Shown: in pieces, positions 46,436 to 56,452 of the stretch
How positions within the stretch are numbered: the first letter of the stretch is position 1
Layout: each line of letters opens with the position of its first letter
Assembly (NCBI GenBank): GCA_016699995.1
Contig: CP064996.1
Span: 74,357-138,356 of the forward strand
DNA length: 64,000 nt
Source: a bacterium
GTDB lineage: Bacteria > Patescibacteriota > Doudnabacteria > UBA920
Reading direction: 5' to 3'
Made by a program: the position numbers and the translations under genes
Notes under the pieces: model-generated
What the model was told of the DNA's origin: nothing
Seen by the model: only the letters and a program-made list of their open reading frames with translations
Databases searched by the model: none

Positions 46436-46909
46436 ATGGCAAACCGACATTTACTTCGTACAATTGCATTGCAGAGTCTGTTCGAATGGGACTTTCATAA
46501 TCAGCAGGAGAATCTTGACGAGATTTTTGACCGAGTCTTTAAAGAGTTTTGCCCAAAAAGCGATGATGACAGTTTTGCTAAAGTTTTATTGGATGGTGTT
46601 GTAAAGAACCACGAAGAAATCGATAAGATTATCGTTAAGCATGCTCCAGAGTGGCCTATTGCTCAAATTACCGTAATTGACCGCAATGTGCTCCGTTTGG
46701 GTATTTATGAAATGCTATTTTTAAAGGAAACCCCGCCGCGCGTGGTGATTAACGAAGCTGTAGAAATGGGCAAGAGCTTTGGCGGAGATTCTTCGGGAAA
46801 ATTTGTAAACGGCGTGCTGGGCGCGCTGTATAAAGAGCTGCCACCGGAAGAAAAGGTAGAGAACAAGGAAGAGACAAAAGAAGCAGAAAAAGAAACAACC
46901 GCTGAATAG
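46436..46909 (+). CDS. nusB: Transcription antitermination factor NusB with a K/E-rich C-terminal extension
   Basis: '[19 protein letters not shown]' and '[16 protein letters not shown]'. Confidence 0.85.
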   Translation: MANRHLLRTIALQSLFEWDFHNQQENLDEIFDRVFKEFCPKSDDDSFAKVLLDGVVKNHEEIDKIIVKHAPEWPIAQITVIDRNVLRLGIYEMLFLKETPPRVVINEAVEMGKSFGGDSSGKFVNGVLGALYKELPPEEKVENKEETKEAEKETTAE

Positions 46910-47023
46910 CGGTTTTTTTATTTTCTCCGGAAAGGCTGCGGATTGACTGGATATTGAAAAGAACTTCGATTGTTCTTGAAGAACCATTTTGCATACTTAA
47001 CACAAGATAATTAATAAAAAAGT

Positions 47024-48913
47024 ATGCAAAAGAAATCTTATTACTTTGGTGCAGTTTTGGCCGTGGTGCTGGCTGTATCGAACGTGTTTTTTGTGAGTGG
47101 GCCGGCCTTCGCGACCGCGCAAGAAGAATTGCCGAAAGCGATTATAATATCGGCGGTCCAAATTACTGGAGGGGTGGGAAAAACCAGCCAGGACTTTGTC
47201 GAACTATATAATCCCAACAGCGAGCCATTAAACCTAAATGGTTATCGGTTGGTTAAAAGAAGCAGCACTGGCACTGCGGACAGCTCCATAAAGTCGTGGT
47301 CGTCGGACAGCTATATCCCGGCCTATGGTTTTTATCTATGGGCCAATTCCAGCTACGGAGATATTCCAGTTTTGCCGGATACGATAACTTCATCAACCTT
47401 AGCGGACGACAATGGAATCGCTCTGCGTTTTGGCGCTAACGATACCGGCGCGATTATAGACAGTCTGGCCTGGGGCGCAACCAGCAACACTTTCGCAAGT
47501 TCCGGGCTGGCCAATCCAGGAGCAGGGGAATCTATCGCGCGCACTTCTATGTCCGAACCTAAGCTTTACGCTGTGCAATTGAGCAGTCCACGTAACTCAA
47601 GCGTGGTGCTAGCGCCTACCGCAGAGCAAGTTCCTACTGGTGATTTGCCAGAAACAGACCCTGCCCCGCAGGAACCTCCGGCCGAAGAACAGCCCGTAGA
47701 AGAACCTCCGGCCGAAGAACAGCCTGCGCAGGAACAAGCTCCGTTAGAACAGCCTCGTACCATCTATATTACCGAATTGCTGCCCAACCCTAGCGGCGCA
47801 GACGCAGGCAAGGAGGAGATCGAATTGTTTAACTACGGAAGCCAAATTGTTGATTTAAGCAATTGGGTTCTGGACGACGTCTCGGCCGAACAGCCGCTGA
47901 GTTCTAATAATTACGCCATTATGGGTCTAAATCTCGAACCTGGCCAATATGCTTCCATTATTATCCCGGCTGGCAAATTTACCTTGAATAATTCGAGCGG
48001 CGACACTGTCACTCTTTTTGATTCCAATGGTGAAGCGGTGGATACCGTAATCTACACTCAATCGGCACCGAGCGGGAAAAGCTATAGTAAAATTGGCGAT
48101 CTGTGGAACTGGGCAATTCCAACACAAGGTTCGCAGAATGTTCCAGACCTAGCCCCAGAGGAAGAGATTGAAGAGGAAGAACAGCAGTTACTGCCTTCGA
48201 TTCAAGGACTAGTGATTTCGGAAATATATGCCGCGCCTCTAAAAGGGGAGCAGGAGTTTGTTGAGCTGTATAATTCCTCGGATAGCGAAATTGATATGAC
48301 CGGAGGAATAATTATGGTTGGCAACAGTTCTGCGGGGTTGCCGCAAATTATGGTGCCGGCAAAAAGTTATTATTTGCTTCGGAGAGAAACCTTGACTTTA
48401 GCTTTAGCCAATAGCGGTAAAAAAGTCAGCCTGCTTCAAAAGCAAGACGGAGTTGCCGCTCAGAACAGCGCAGTGGTATTTACCGTCGAATATCCTAAGT
48501 CCATAACCGGCCAGTCATATGCAAAATTCGAAGACAATTTTTTATGGACCAGCAAAGTGACTCCGGGCTCTGTAAATGTATTGGAGCAGCCACAGCAAAA
48601 ACCAGCCGCTAATCTTGAAAGCGATAAAAAACCAGTTGTAAAAAAATCTACAAGTCCAAAGGCACCTGTTAAAACAACAGTAAAAACCTCTAGCACAAAG
48701 GCAGCGGCGAAGCCCGCAGAAAAAACTAACTCGAAACCTGCTGCCACAGCCAAAAAAACTACAGAGTCAGTCAAAAATGAGCAAAAAAGTGAAGACGAGA
48801 ACAAGCCAAAATCAAAGGGTTTAGCCGGGGTTGTTGCCATCGCAGTCGCTAGCCTGGGGGCTGGCGGATTAGCTGTATATCGCTTTGGAATGGGCGGTGG
48901 AATGCCATTTTAA
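47024..48913 (+). CDS. Cell-surface protein with three lamin-tail-domain (LTD)-like modules, a PxEEQ repeat linker, a Lys-rich region and a C-terminal TM anchor
   Basis: Signal peptide. Three occurrences of 'ELYNP'/'ELFNYG'/'ELYNSS' LTD motifs. Repeats 'PQEPPAEEQPVEEPPAEEQPAQEQ'. C-terminal 'LAGVVAIAVASLGAGGLAVY'. Confidence 0.7.
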   Translation: MQKKSYYFGAVLAVVLAVSNVFFVSGPAFATAQEELPKAIIISAVQITGGVGKTSQDFVELYNPNSEPLNLNGYRLVKRSSTGTADSSIKSWSSDSYIPAYGFYLWANSSYGDIPVLPDTITSSTLADDNGIALRFGANDTGAIIDSLAWGATSNTFASSGLANPGAGESIARTSMSEPKLYAVQLSSPRNSSVVLAPTAEQVPTGDLPETDPAPQEPPAEEQPVEEPPAEEQPAQEQAPLEQPRTIYITELLPNPSGADAGKEEIELFNYGSQIVDLSNWVLDDVSAEQPLSSNNYAIMGLNLEPGQYASIIIPAGKFTLNNSSGDTVTLFDSNGEAVDTVIYTQSAPSGKSYSKIGDLWNWAIPTQGSQNVPDLAPEEEIEEEEQQLLPSIQGLVISEIYAAPLKGEQEFVELYNSSDSEIDMTGGIIMVGNSSAGLPQIMVPAKSYYLLRRETLTLALANSGKKVSLLQKQDGVAAQNSAVVFTVEYPKSITGQSYAKFEDNFLWTSKVTPGSVNVLEQPQQKPAANLESDKKPVVKKSTSPKAPVKTTVKTSSTKAAAKPAEKTNSKPAATAKKTTESVKNEQKSEDENKPKSKGLAGVVAIAVASLGAGGLAVYRFGMGGGMPF

Positions 48914-49110
48914 ACATTTTCCGGCTTTCTTACGTTATATAGTATATGATAGAATACAGCTATCACTACTATGCAAAAGAAAAAGTCTTTATGGGATTGG
49001 ATCGAAATAGGATTCGGATTCTTAATTAATAGCATCGCCGGCTTTTTTATAAAATAGTTTTTCGGCTGTAATCTATGCTATAATTAACAAGATCAGTAAT
49101 ATAAATTACT

Positions 49111-49419
49111 ATGAGCTTAAATAAATCAGATTTAATTGAGGTTTTGGCAGCCCGACTTTCTATCACTTATACAGAGGCCGAGAGAATGCTTAATGCTTTC
49201 ATAAACTTGATTTATGAAAATCTCCGCAACGGTGAAAAGGTTAATATTAGCGGTTTTGGTCAGTTTAGCGTTTCGCATAGAGAACCTCGCATCGGTGTTA
49301 ATCCCCGCAATCCATCTCAGAAGATTCAAATTCCAGAATTGAACACACCTAAATTCAAAGCCGGTGAAGCGTTTAAAGAAGCTGTAAAGCTTCGCAAAAA
49401 TTCTCCTACTCAGGAATAA
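49111..49419 (+). CDS. hup: DNA-binding protein HU
   Basis: 'MSLNKSDLIEVLA...GFGQFSVSHREPRIGVNPRNPSQKIQIP' with the HU/IHF arm. Confidence 0.92.
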   Translation: MSLNKSDLIEVLAARLSITYTEAERMLNAFINLIYENLRNGEKVNISGFGQFSVSHREPRIGVNPRNPSQKIQIPELNTPKFKAGEAFKEAVKLRKNSPTQE

Positions 49420-49539
49420 CCTCAGTTCTCAAAGCCGCCCCTCCGTGGGCGGCTTTTAGTATTGACAACTCCGCAGATTTCCCGTATACTACTGCCGAAA
49501 GTTGTTTCAATTTTCGGAAGCAAAAACGGAGGTTAAGAG

Positions 49540-49773
49540 ATGAAAATTTTGGGATTAGCATTGCTGGCACTCGGCATCTGGTTCTTCGTTCTGCCTTTGG
49601 CAGGGGCATTGTGGTCTGTTGCCACTTTGAGCGTCTTGTTGGGAGCCGTAATGCTCGCCGGCGGAGCTTTGACCCTTGGCGCTGGCAGGCCTTTTAAGGC
49701 GCTGTGGGGCGGCGGCAAGCAGCTCACAGACAAAGAGCTGGACAAGATAACGGATGGTTGGCATAAATACTGA
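49540..49773 (+). CDS. Small two-TM membrane protein
   Basis: Promoter TTGACA-N17-TATACT and RBS ACGGAGG upstream. 77 aa. Confidence 0.45.
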   Translation: MKILGLALLALGIWFFVLPLAGALWSVATLSVLLGAVMLAGGALTLGAGRPFKALWGGGKQLTDKELDKITDGWHKY

Positions 49774-49872
49774 CCTGTACTACCAAACTTAACGGATGTC
49801 TATTAGGCAGCCGTTTTTATTTTGGCAAAACAAAAACCGCCTAATTCGCCAGTTGGCGTAGCGGTTTTTGTC

Positions 49873-49947
49873 TGGAGCGGGTAGGGGGAATCGAACCCCC
49901 ATCATCAGTTTGGAAAACTGAGATAATAACCATTATACGATACCCGC
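49873..49947 (-). tRNA. tRNA-Gly(TCC) with encoded CCA
   Basis: Minus strand GCGGGTA...TCAGT-TTTCCAA-ACTGA...GGGGGTTCGATTCCCCCTACCCGCTCCA. Anticodon UCC. Confidence 0.88.
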
Positions 49948-49976
49948 ATTTTTAATCCGCCAGGCGGCGGATTTTT

Positions 49977-50053
49977 TGGTCGGGAACCCGGGACTCGAAC
50001 CCGGAACCTCTCGGTCCCAAACCGAGTGCTCTAGCCAATTGAGCCAGTTCCCG
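49977..50053 (-). tRNA. tRNA-Pro(TGG) with encoded CCA
   Basis: Minus strand CGGGAACTGGCTCAATTGGCTAGAGCA-CTCGG-TTTGGGA-CCGAG...CCGGGTTCGAGTCCCGGGTTCCCGACCA. Anticodon UGG. Confidence 0.9.
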
Positions 50054-51024
50054 TAGTGGCAGATCGCAGTCCATTCTTCTTCTTGCGAATGGCCGCTGCC
50101 AGATACTGAGTAATTCTACTTAATTTTCCGGTTTTTATCAAGTGGCATATTTTCCTCTATGGTGGAGCGGAGGGGAGTTGCATCCCTCAGCCTGGAATTG
50201 ACGAAAGTCGGTAGGTGTCTTATAATATATCCAGAAATGAATATTTGCGGTTTTAAACAGAATATCTATAAATTGATGCTCAAATAAGCGGGCTTTTGCC
50301 AGCTAATATTTGGGCGTTTTTTATTGGAAGTTTTGTTACCTTACCGAAGGGTAAGGAGTATAAAAAATCGAAAGAATTTAGCGAATAACTGTAACAATAG
50401 TAACCACAGGGCGTCTTATTAACTGAAGACCTATATAACGAGTTTGCGTACCTCAGTGGACCGGCTCACTTAAACCACAACTTTAAACTCTAGAAAAGGC
50501 ATTTGCTCCCAGACAGTGCTTTCCTTTTTTATTATCGTTTGCAACAGTCTCAGCCGGCTGCAAGCACGCCGGCCATAGCCAGCAGCGAAGTAAAGGAAGT
50601 CATTATTCTGGGCCCGTCCGCCAATAGCGCGGCAGGCCGCTGACCATATATGGTTACTCTATATATTAACCAGCGGCCGCAAAGGTTCAGTATTCTTTTC
50701 AATTATTGCCCCTATCTATAAATACACCTTAATAGGCGCCTTAAGACTATAGCGACTCTAGATCGCGATGTCGGGCTCCCTGGTCGAACTATTAGGAAAT
50801 ATGGTTTTAGATAGGACAAGTAATAATCGGTCTTTATATGAATAGGCGAGAACGAACTCTAGAGCGGTCTCGAAACTAACATTAAAGTTCGTCAAAAACT
50901 AATTAATATTTTCTGAATTATCATTGATTATCGCAATTGACTAATCAAGACTATAACTCTCTCTTCTGTCCAAATGAACAGCGGTAGAGAATCTTATAGC
51001 CCAATTCAGAAAATGGAGTTCTAA

Positions 51025-54000
51025 ATGTCTAATTTATTAAAAAAAGTTGCTGTAAGCGTGTCTACCGTTGCAACAGTTGCTGCTATGGGCTTAATGCCAA
51101 TGGCTGCAAAAGCTGCTGCTCCTGGTGAAGTCTACAAGACTGGCGATGGTACCGTATGGTTCATCACCTCCGACATGCAAAAGCGACCTTTCACTTCTGC
51201 AGGTGCTTTCTTGAGCTACGGCTTCTTGTCGTTCTCTCAAGTTAAAGACGCAGACGCTAGCGTAACTGCTTTGCCTACTGGCGCGTTCATCGCTCCAGCT
51301 GACGGTAAAATTTTCTGCGCTACCGAAACTAAGGGAAGTGACGTTAAAGGTGAATGTTCCTTAATCACCGGCGGCCAAAAAGCTGCTTTCACTTCTGCTG
51401 CTGTATTCACTGGCCAAGGATTCTCCTTCTCCCGTGCAATCAGCGGTGACTCTTCTTTCTTGAGCAAGACTTCTAACATCGACAGCGCTTCCGCTGGTCA
51501 CTTACCAGGTGTTCTAGTTAACAACTCTGGTACTGTTCAGATGGTAGTAAGCGGCGGCCTATGGGGTATTCCATCTGTTGATGTGTTTAACTCTTGGGGT
51601 TACAGCTTCTCCGATGTAGTTCCAGCTAACGCTGCGGACAAAGCTTTGGCTCAGGTTGGTGTGATCCCTGCTCGTCAGGCTGGTCAGTTAGTACCTTCTG
51701 GTACCACCACTCCAACTCCAAGCGGAGCTTACACTGCTTCTGTTGCTTCTGACAGCCCAGCTGCAAGCACTTTAGTAGCAGGTCAAGCTACAGCTAACTT
51801 GGCTAACTTCACTGTTAGCGGTAACGGTACTGTAACTTCTTTGAAGTTCAAGCGCACTGGCGTATCTGCTGATGCTACCCTTTCTAACGTTTACTTGTTC
51901 GAAGGTAATACTCGTATCACTGATGCTGCTAGCGTTTCTTCTGGTTTCATTACCTTTGCTGGTCTTAACTGGCCAGTAAGTGGCGCTCGTAATGTTTCTG
52001 TTCGTTCTGATATTGCTACTGGTACTTCTGGTCAAACAGTTGGTGTTCAGCTAGTAGCAGTTAACGGCACAGACCTTATCGTGATGCCTTCCGGTGCTAT
52101 TCACACTATTGCTACTGCTACTCTAGCTACTGTAGCCGTAGGTGTTCCTACCTCTACTACTACGACTGATCCAGGTAATGATGTAAATGTATGGCAGTCT
52201 GATTTTAGCGTAGGTACTCGCGACGTTGTATTAAACCGCATTGCTCTTCGCCAAATCGAATCCATTAACTCTGCTGATATCCGCAACTTCCGTCTTTATG
52301 TAGATGGTGTTCAGGTTTCTGCTGTAGGTAACTTGGATGCTAACGGTTATGTAACCTTTGGTGGCTTCTCTAAGACTCTTACCACTGGTTCTCGCCAAAT
52401 TAAAGTTTTGGCTGACGTAATTGGTGGTTCTTCTCGAAACATCAAGATGTCTTTGCGAAACAAAGCTGACTTGGGCTTGGTTGACTCTCAATACCAAGTA
52501 AACGTAACTGCAACTGGTACCTTCCCTGCACAACCTGCAAGCGCAACCGCAGTAAGCTCTGGTAGCATCACTGTTACTAAAGCTGCTAACTCCCCATCAG
52601 GGTCAGTTACTAAGGACGCTTCTAATGTTGTTTTAGGCCGTTGGACCATGACAGCATACGGCGAAGCTATTAAAGTAGAAACTTTAAACTTTGCTATTGA
52701 TACTAACAATACCGATCAAGACTACACTTTGCGTAACGGTAAAGTAATGGTTAATGGTACACAGGTTGGTAGTACTACTGGCTTAGTCGCTGACGGTGCT
52801 GCATCTTCTGCTGCTAGCTTCACTACTAACTTTATGGTTAACCCAGGTACTCCTGTGACCGTAGAATTAGTATCTGACATCTACGACGAAGAAGACACTG
52901 GTGCTGAATTGGTAAACGGTAGCACAATCCAAGCTACTATGTTGACCGGTTCTAGCAATGGTACTCGTCAAGTATCTTTGGGTACTGTAAATGTTCCATC
53001 TTCTAACATTGCTGCAAACGTAGTAACTGTTGCTGTTGGTTCTTTGAGCATGGCTAAGACTGGCACCTATGGTAACCAGACTTTCGTGTCTCCTACATCT
53101 GCGTTCAAGATCGCCTCTTATCAAATCGCTGGTAACAGCACTGAAGACGTAAATGTTCACACTATCGCTGCTGATATTGCAGTAGCTGGTGGTCCTGCTA
53201 TCACTGATGTTACTGATGTATACTTCAAAATCAATGGTACAACTCAGACATCTGTAAAGCCTACTGTAACCGCTACTGGTAACAGTTGGTCTGTATCTTT
53301 CGTAGTCCCTAAGAATGGCACCGTATCTTTGGATATGTATGCCAACTTAAGTGCTGCTTTCGGAACTGCTGATACCGTAGCCGCAACTACTACCGTAACT
53401 GGTACAACTGCTAACTCCGGTACTTCAGTAAACACCGGTGCAGTTGCTGGTCAAACCATCACCGCTGGTGCTGGTGCAATCAGCATGGCCTTCGAAAACT
53501 CTTCTGGTATTGCTGCTAGATTGTTAACAGATGGCCAGAATGACGTTACAACTGCAGCTTACCGTGTAAGCACCTTGAATGACTCTCAGACTCTTCAGGA
53601 CTTCACTGTAACTGTAACTTCTGCTACAACAGTTAACACTGTTAAGTTGTATGCAGATGGCGCATTAATTGCTAGCAAGCCTGGTGCTACTTCCGTATCA
53701 TTTAATGATCTTGGAATCCCGGTACCTGCTAACTCTAGCAAGCTAATCGAAATCAAGCTTGACATTGGTGCTGTAACCAACACTACTGGTCTAGCTACTG
53801 TTACTACTTCTATCACTGCCGCTACAGCCGCTCCTGGCTCTACTGGCGTGGAAGCAGCAGTAACCCCATCCGGCACCGGCAATACTATGTATGTCTTTGC
53901 TTCCGTACCTGTTATTGCACAAGCTGCATTAACTAACGGTGGTGATGGACAATTGACCAACGGTGTGGTCACTATCGCTAAGTTCACTATGAACGCTAAC

Positions 54001-54429
54001 GGTGGTCCTATCCAATGGAAAGCTATGAACTTAGCTTTGTCTAAGTCTACTGCTATTACTGGTTCTGCGGTGCAGTTGTTCCGTGACGGTTCTTTGGTAG
54101 CTACAACAGCTGAAACAATTGCTGCTGGTACTACTGATACTGTTAACATCGTAACTACTAACCCAGAGTCTGTAAGTGGTAGTGTTACTTATGAAGTTCG
54201 CGCTACTATTGCTAACGCAGCAGCAGGTAACTTCTTGACTGCAAGCTTCAGTGCCGCTGAATCTGCTCAAGAATCTGCAGCATACGCTAGCGTGGCTGGT
54301 TCTAACTTCGTATGGTCCGACGTAGTCGGTGACGCTGATGAAGTTCACTCTGTAACTTCTGATGATTGGCACAATGACTATCTAGTTGTTACTTCTCCAA
54401 TCTCTTGGACAGTTGACTGGAATAACTAA
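51025..54429 (+). CDS. Giant (1134 aa) Thr/Ala/Val/Ser-rich cell-surface protein, a putative S-layer or adhesin protein. The N-terminus has three ~60-aa repeats, followed by Ig-like beta-rich repeats.
   Basis: Signal peptide 'MSNLLKKVAVSVSTVATVAAMGLMPMAAKAAA'. Three repeats of the form 'F(T/S)SA..F...GFSFS'. Extremely low-complexity T/A/V/G/S composition. It is preceded by a 1.25-kb ORF-free leader. Confidence 0.8.
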   Translation: MSNLLKKVAVSVSTVATVAAMGLMPMAAKAAAPGEVYKTGDGTVWFITSDMQKRPFTSAGAFLSYGFLSFSQVKDADASVTALPTGAFIAPADGKIFCATETKGSDVKGECSLITGGQKAAFTSAAVFTGQGFSFSRAISGDSSFLSKTSNIDSASAGHLPGVLVNNSGTVQMVVSGGLWGIPSVDVFNSWGYSFSDVVPANAADKALAQVGVIPARQAGQLVPSGTTTPTPSGAYTASVASDSPAASTLVAGQATANLANFTVSGNGTVTSLKFKRTGVSADATLSNVYLFEGNTRITDAASVSSGFITFAGLNWPVSGARNVSVRSDIATGTSGQTVGVQLVAVNGTDLIVMPSGAIHTIATATLATVAVGVPTSTTTTDPGNDVNVWQSDFSVGTRDVVLNRIALRQIESINSADIRNFRLYVDGVQVSAVGNLDANGYVTFGGFSKTLTTGSRQIKVLADVIGGSSRNIKMSLRNKADLGLVDSQYQVNVTATGTFPAQPASATAVSSGSITVTKAANSPSGSVTKDASNVVLGRWTMTAYGEAIKVETLNFAIDTNNTDQDYTLRNGKVMVNGTQVGSTTGLVADGAASSAASFTTNFMVNPGTPVTVELVSDIYDEEDTGAELVNGSTIQATMLTGSSNGTRQVSLGTVNVPSSNIAANVVTVAVGSLSMAKTGTYGNQTFVSPTSAFKIASYQIAGNSTEDVNVHTIAADIAVAGGPAITDVTDVYFKINGTTQTSVKPTVTATGNSWSVSFVVPKNGTVSLDMYANLSAAFGTADTVAATTTVTGTTANSGTSVNTGAVAGQTITAGAGAISMAFENSSGIAARLLTDGQNDVTTAAYRVSTLNDSQTLQDFTVTVTSATTVNTVKLYADGALIASKPGATSVSFNDLGIPVPANSSKLIEIKLDIGAVTNTTGLATVTTSITAATAAPGSTGVEAAVTPSGTGNTMYVFASVPVIAQAALTNGGDGQLTNGVVTIAKFTMNANGGPIQWKAMNLALSKSTAITGSAVQLFRDGSLVATTAETIAAGTTDTVNIVTTNPESVSGSVTYEVRATIANAAAGNFLTASFSAAESAQESAAYASVAGSNFVWSDVVGDADEVHSVTSDDWHNDYLVVTSPISWTVDWNN

Positions 54430-54549
54430 ATTTTAGTTATCTAGGAACACATTCTATAGTTAGTCTGTAGATAAAAAGCCGCCTCGGGGAAACTCGAGGC
54501 GGTTTTGATTTTAGTGTATAATATGTAGACTTATAATTAACAATTTGAT

Positions 54550-55107
54550 ATGAACAAGAAGACAATATTATCCGCGATTGTGGTCGCTCTAATTTTAGTT
54601 GGGATAGGATGTTGGTTTATTTACAGTCGACAAAATAATCAGAACATTGTTACCACAATCGATCGTGATTTTACAGATCAAGAACTCTCAGAGATTGAAA
54701 CCAAAATTTCTGATTTAAAGTCGAAGGTCGATTCTAATGTTTCTAAAGAAGAAAGATACACAACCCTGCTGGCATTAGGTGCTGAGCAGCACCGCATAGG
54801 GCGGCTAGTAGATGCCCGAGAAACATTTACAGCAGCAAGCAAACTTCTCCCAGATAATCCTACTCCAGTGGGTTTGAAATTTATTGTTGAAGAAGCCATG
54901 CAAGATTACAAGGCCGCGAAGAAAACCCTAGAAAAGGGTTTAGAGCTAAACCCTACTAGCGGGCTGTTTTGGCAGCAATACATTGAACTTTTGGAAAACC
55001 ATTTTGAGATAAGCAAAGAGCAGTTGGATAAGTTATACCAGGAAGGTTTGCAGAAAACAAATAATTCTCCCGAACTATTAGAATCTTATAATAGATTTAA
55101 ATCTTAA
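54550..55107 (+). CDS. Membrane-anchored TPR-like repeat protein
   Basis: N-terminal TM helix followed by helical repeats resembling TPR units. Confidence 0.55.
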   Translation: MNKKTILSAIVVALILVGIGCWFIYSRQNNQNIVTTIDRDFTDQELSEIETKISDLKSKVDSNVSKEERYTTLLALGAEQHRIGRLVDARETFTAASKLLPDNPTPVGLKFIVEEAMQDYKAAKKTLEKGLELNPTSGLFWQQYIELLENHFEISKEQLDKLYQEGLQKTNNSPELLESYNRFKS

Positions 55108-55763
55108 TTCATTTACCAATAAGACTCCTCGCCATGATTGGTGTTGAGCGTATTTATTACAGCTTTAACATTGGGTTTGTTTTCTTATGAGCTTTTATCT
55201 GTAAATGCCTAGAGCAAAATAGTAGATTCCTGTTCGGGTATGGCCTATGTTTCTGGGTTTACAACATCTATCCCTTGGAGGGATGTAAATGATGTGGATC
55301 ATTTACACATATTGATGTAGGCCTCAATGAAAAGCCAGTTCGCAAGCAGGTTTTATATTTGACAAACCTATCTGGGGTTGGTATTTTGTAGCTGTTTAAG
55401 GCTAATCCTGGGAAGCCTTAAGCAAAGCTCATCATTAACGCATACACATATGCCAACACGAAGCGCTAAGCGCAACCATCACGCAGGGCTGCTGGCCGTA
55501 CTCGAGCTAAGCAGCTAAAAACCAAACCAAATTGGATCCAGATCGAACTTAAGCGTGCGATCCGGCCTCTTATTAATTCCCTTAAGCCAACTATTACCGC
55601 GTTGGTTTTTTTGTTGGTTTCTACCCAGCTACAGGGGATAGCCGACAAGGCAAAAACCACGGATCCCTGCCCGGAGCCTAAAACCAGCTTAGTGTCTCCC
55701 GCATTGCTGGCGTCGCCGGCTTTGGTACTGGCCGCTCTGGAGGGTACCGGCGAGTCTGCCAAG

Positions 55764-56084
55764 ATGGCCAAACAGCAGGCAATAAGTACAATCAAAGCGG
55801 GTTATCGAACTTTGCTAATTACCCGTCACGCCGCTCAGCGCATGGCCGAGCGGGGAGTGAGCCGCGAGGTAATTGCCCTGGCCTTAGAGCGCGGGAAGTT
55901 GTTTGCTTACAAGCACGCCCGCGGCGGAGGGTTGATTAAGATCGGCTATTACTTGTCCGACAATGCTTTTACCGGCGCAGCTAAAGGCGTGTTCGTGGCC
56001 GTGGATCAGGTTCACGAAAAAGTCGTCACCGTCATCCGCGGCGTTCCTGTCGAGTACATTCGGCGGTTGATTAGGGTTCGGTAA
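55764..56084 (+). CDS. DUF4258-like protein, a putative toxin-like small protein inside a GC-rich islet. The track ORF extends upstream to 55602 with a TTG start.
   Basis: 'LLITRHAAQRMAERGVSREVIALALERGKLF...VVTVIRG' resembles the DUF4258 signature. Local GC is visibly higher than the flanking DNA. Confidence 0.5.
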   Translation: MAKQQAISTIKAGYRTLLITRHAAQRMAERGVSREVIALALERGKLFAYKHARGGGLIKIGYYLSDNAFTGAAKGVFVAVDQVHEKVVTVIRGVPVEYIRRLIRVR

Positions 56085-56167
56085 TTTATACTTCATTAAA
56101 TCTTAAAGCTCTCTTGAACATGATTGTGTTAATGTTATTTTGTGGGGGCCCAGCTAGGAGCAAGATA

Positions 56168-56270
56168 AGGCTTGTCACTCTTGTCTTAGGGGATCGTTAC
56201 CCCTTGGGTCCACCACGCTTGACATATTGGGAATGGTTGTTTATATTGAATCTAGGTGACAAGCCTTATC
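56168..56270. repeat. Perfect 15-bp inverted repeats, GATAAGGCTTGTCAC and GTGACAAGCCTTATC, flanking a consensus promoter TTGACA-N17-TATATT
   Basis: The repeats lie at 56168-56182 and 56256-56270. The internal promoter is at about 56219-56247. A terminator follows at 56306-56340. No credible ORF. Confidence 0.5.
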
Positions 56271-56452
56271 AATACCAAATCGTTCTTAGCAAGACTTTAA
56301 AACCGCTTTCGCTCTTCGCGAGGCGGTTTTTATTTTGCTTAATTAGTTATAACTAAGGGAGGTTTTTTATAAATGTAACAATTTCTGCGCTGTCGGCGAT
56401 ACACTAGTCAGAAACAAAGGTCGAAGTAAATCAATTAAAGTAAGGAAATTAT

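Noticed and set aside
50150-50225. tmRNA or tRNA 3' end on the minus strand, '...GAGGGATGCAACTCCCCTCCGCTCCACCA'
   Set aside because: It has a T-loop-like TGCAACT and a CCACCA end. But no complementary 5' acceptor strand (GGAGCGG-like) can be found upstream, and no tag-peptide reading frame or pseudoknots are evident. It is probably coincidental.
56114-56356. 80-aa ORF inside the inverted-repeat/promoter module
   Set aside because: It spans the inverted repeats, the promoter and the terminator, has no RBS and has an odd composition. It is more likely non-coding.
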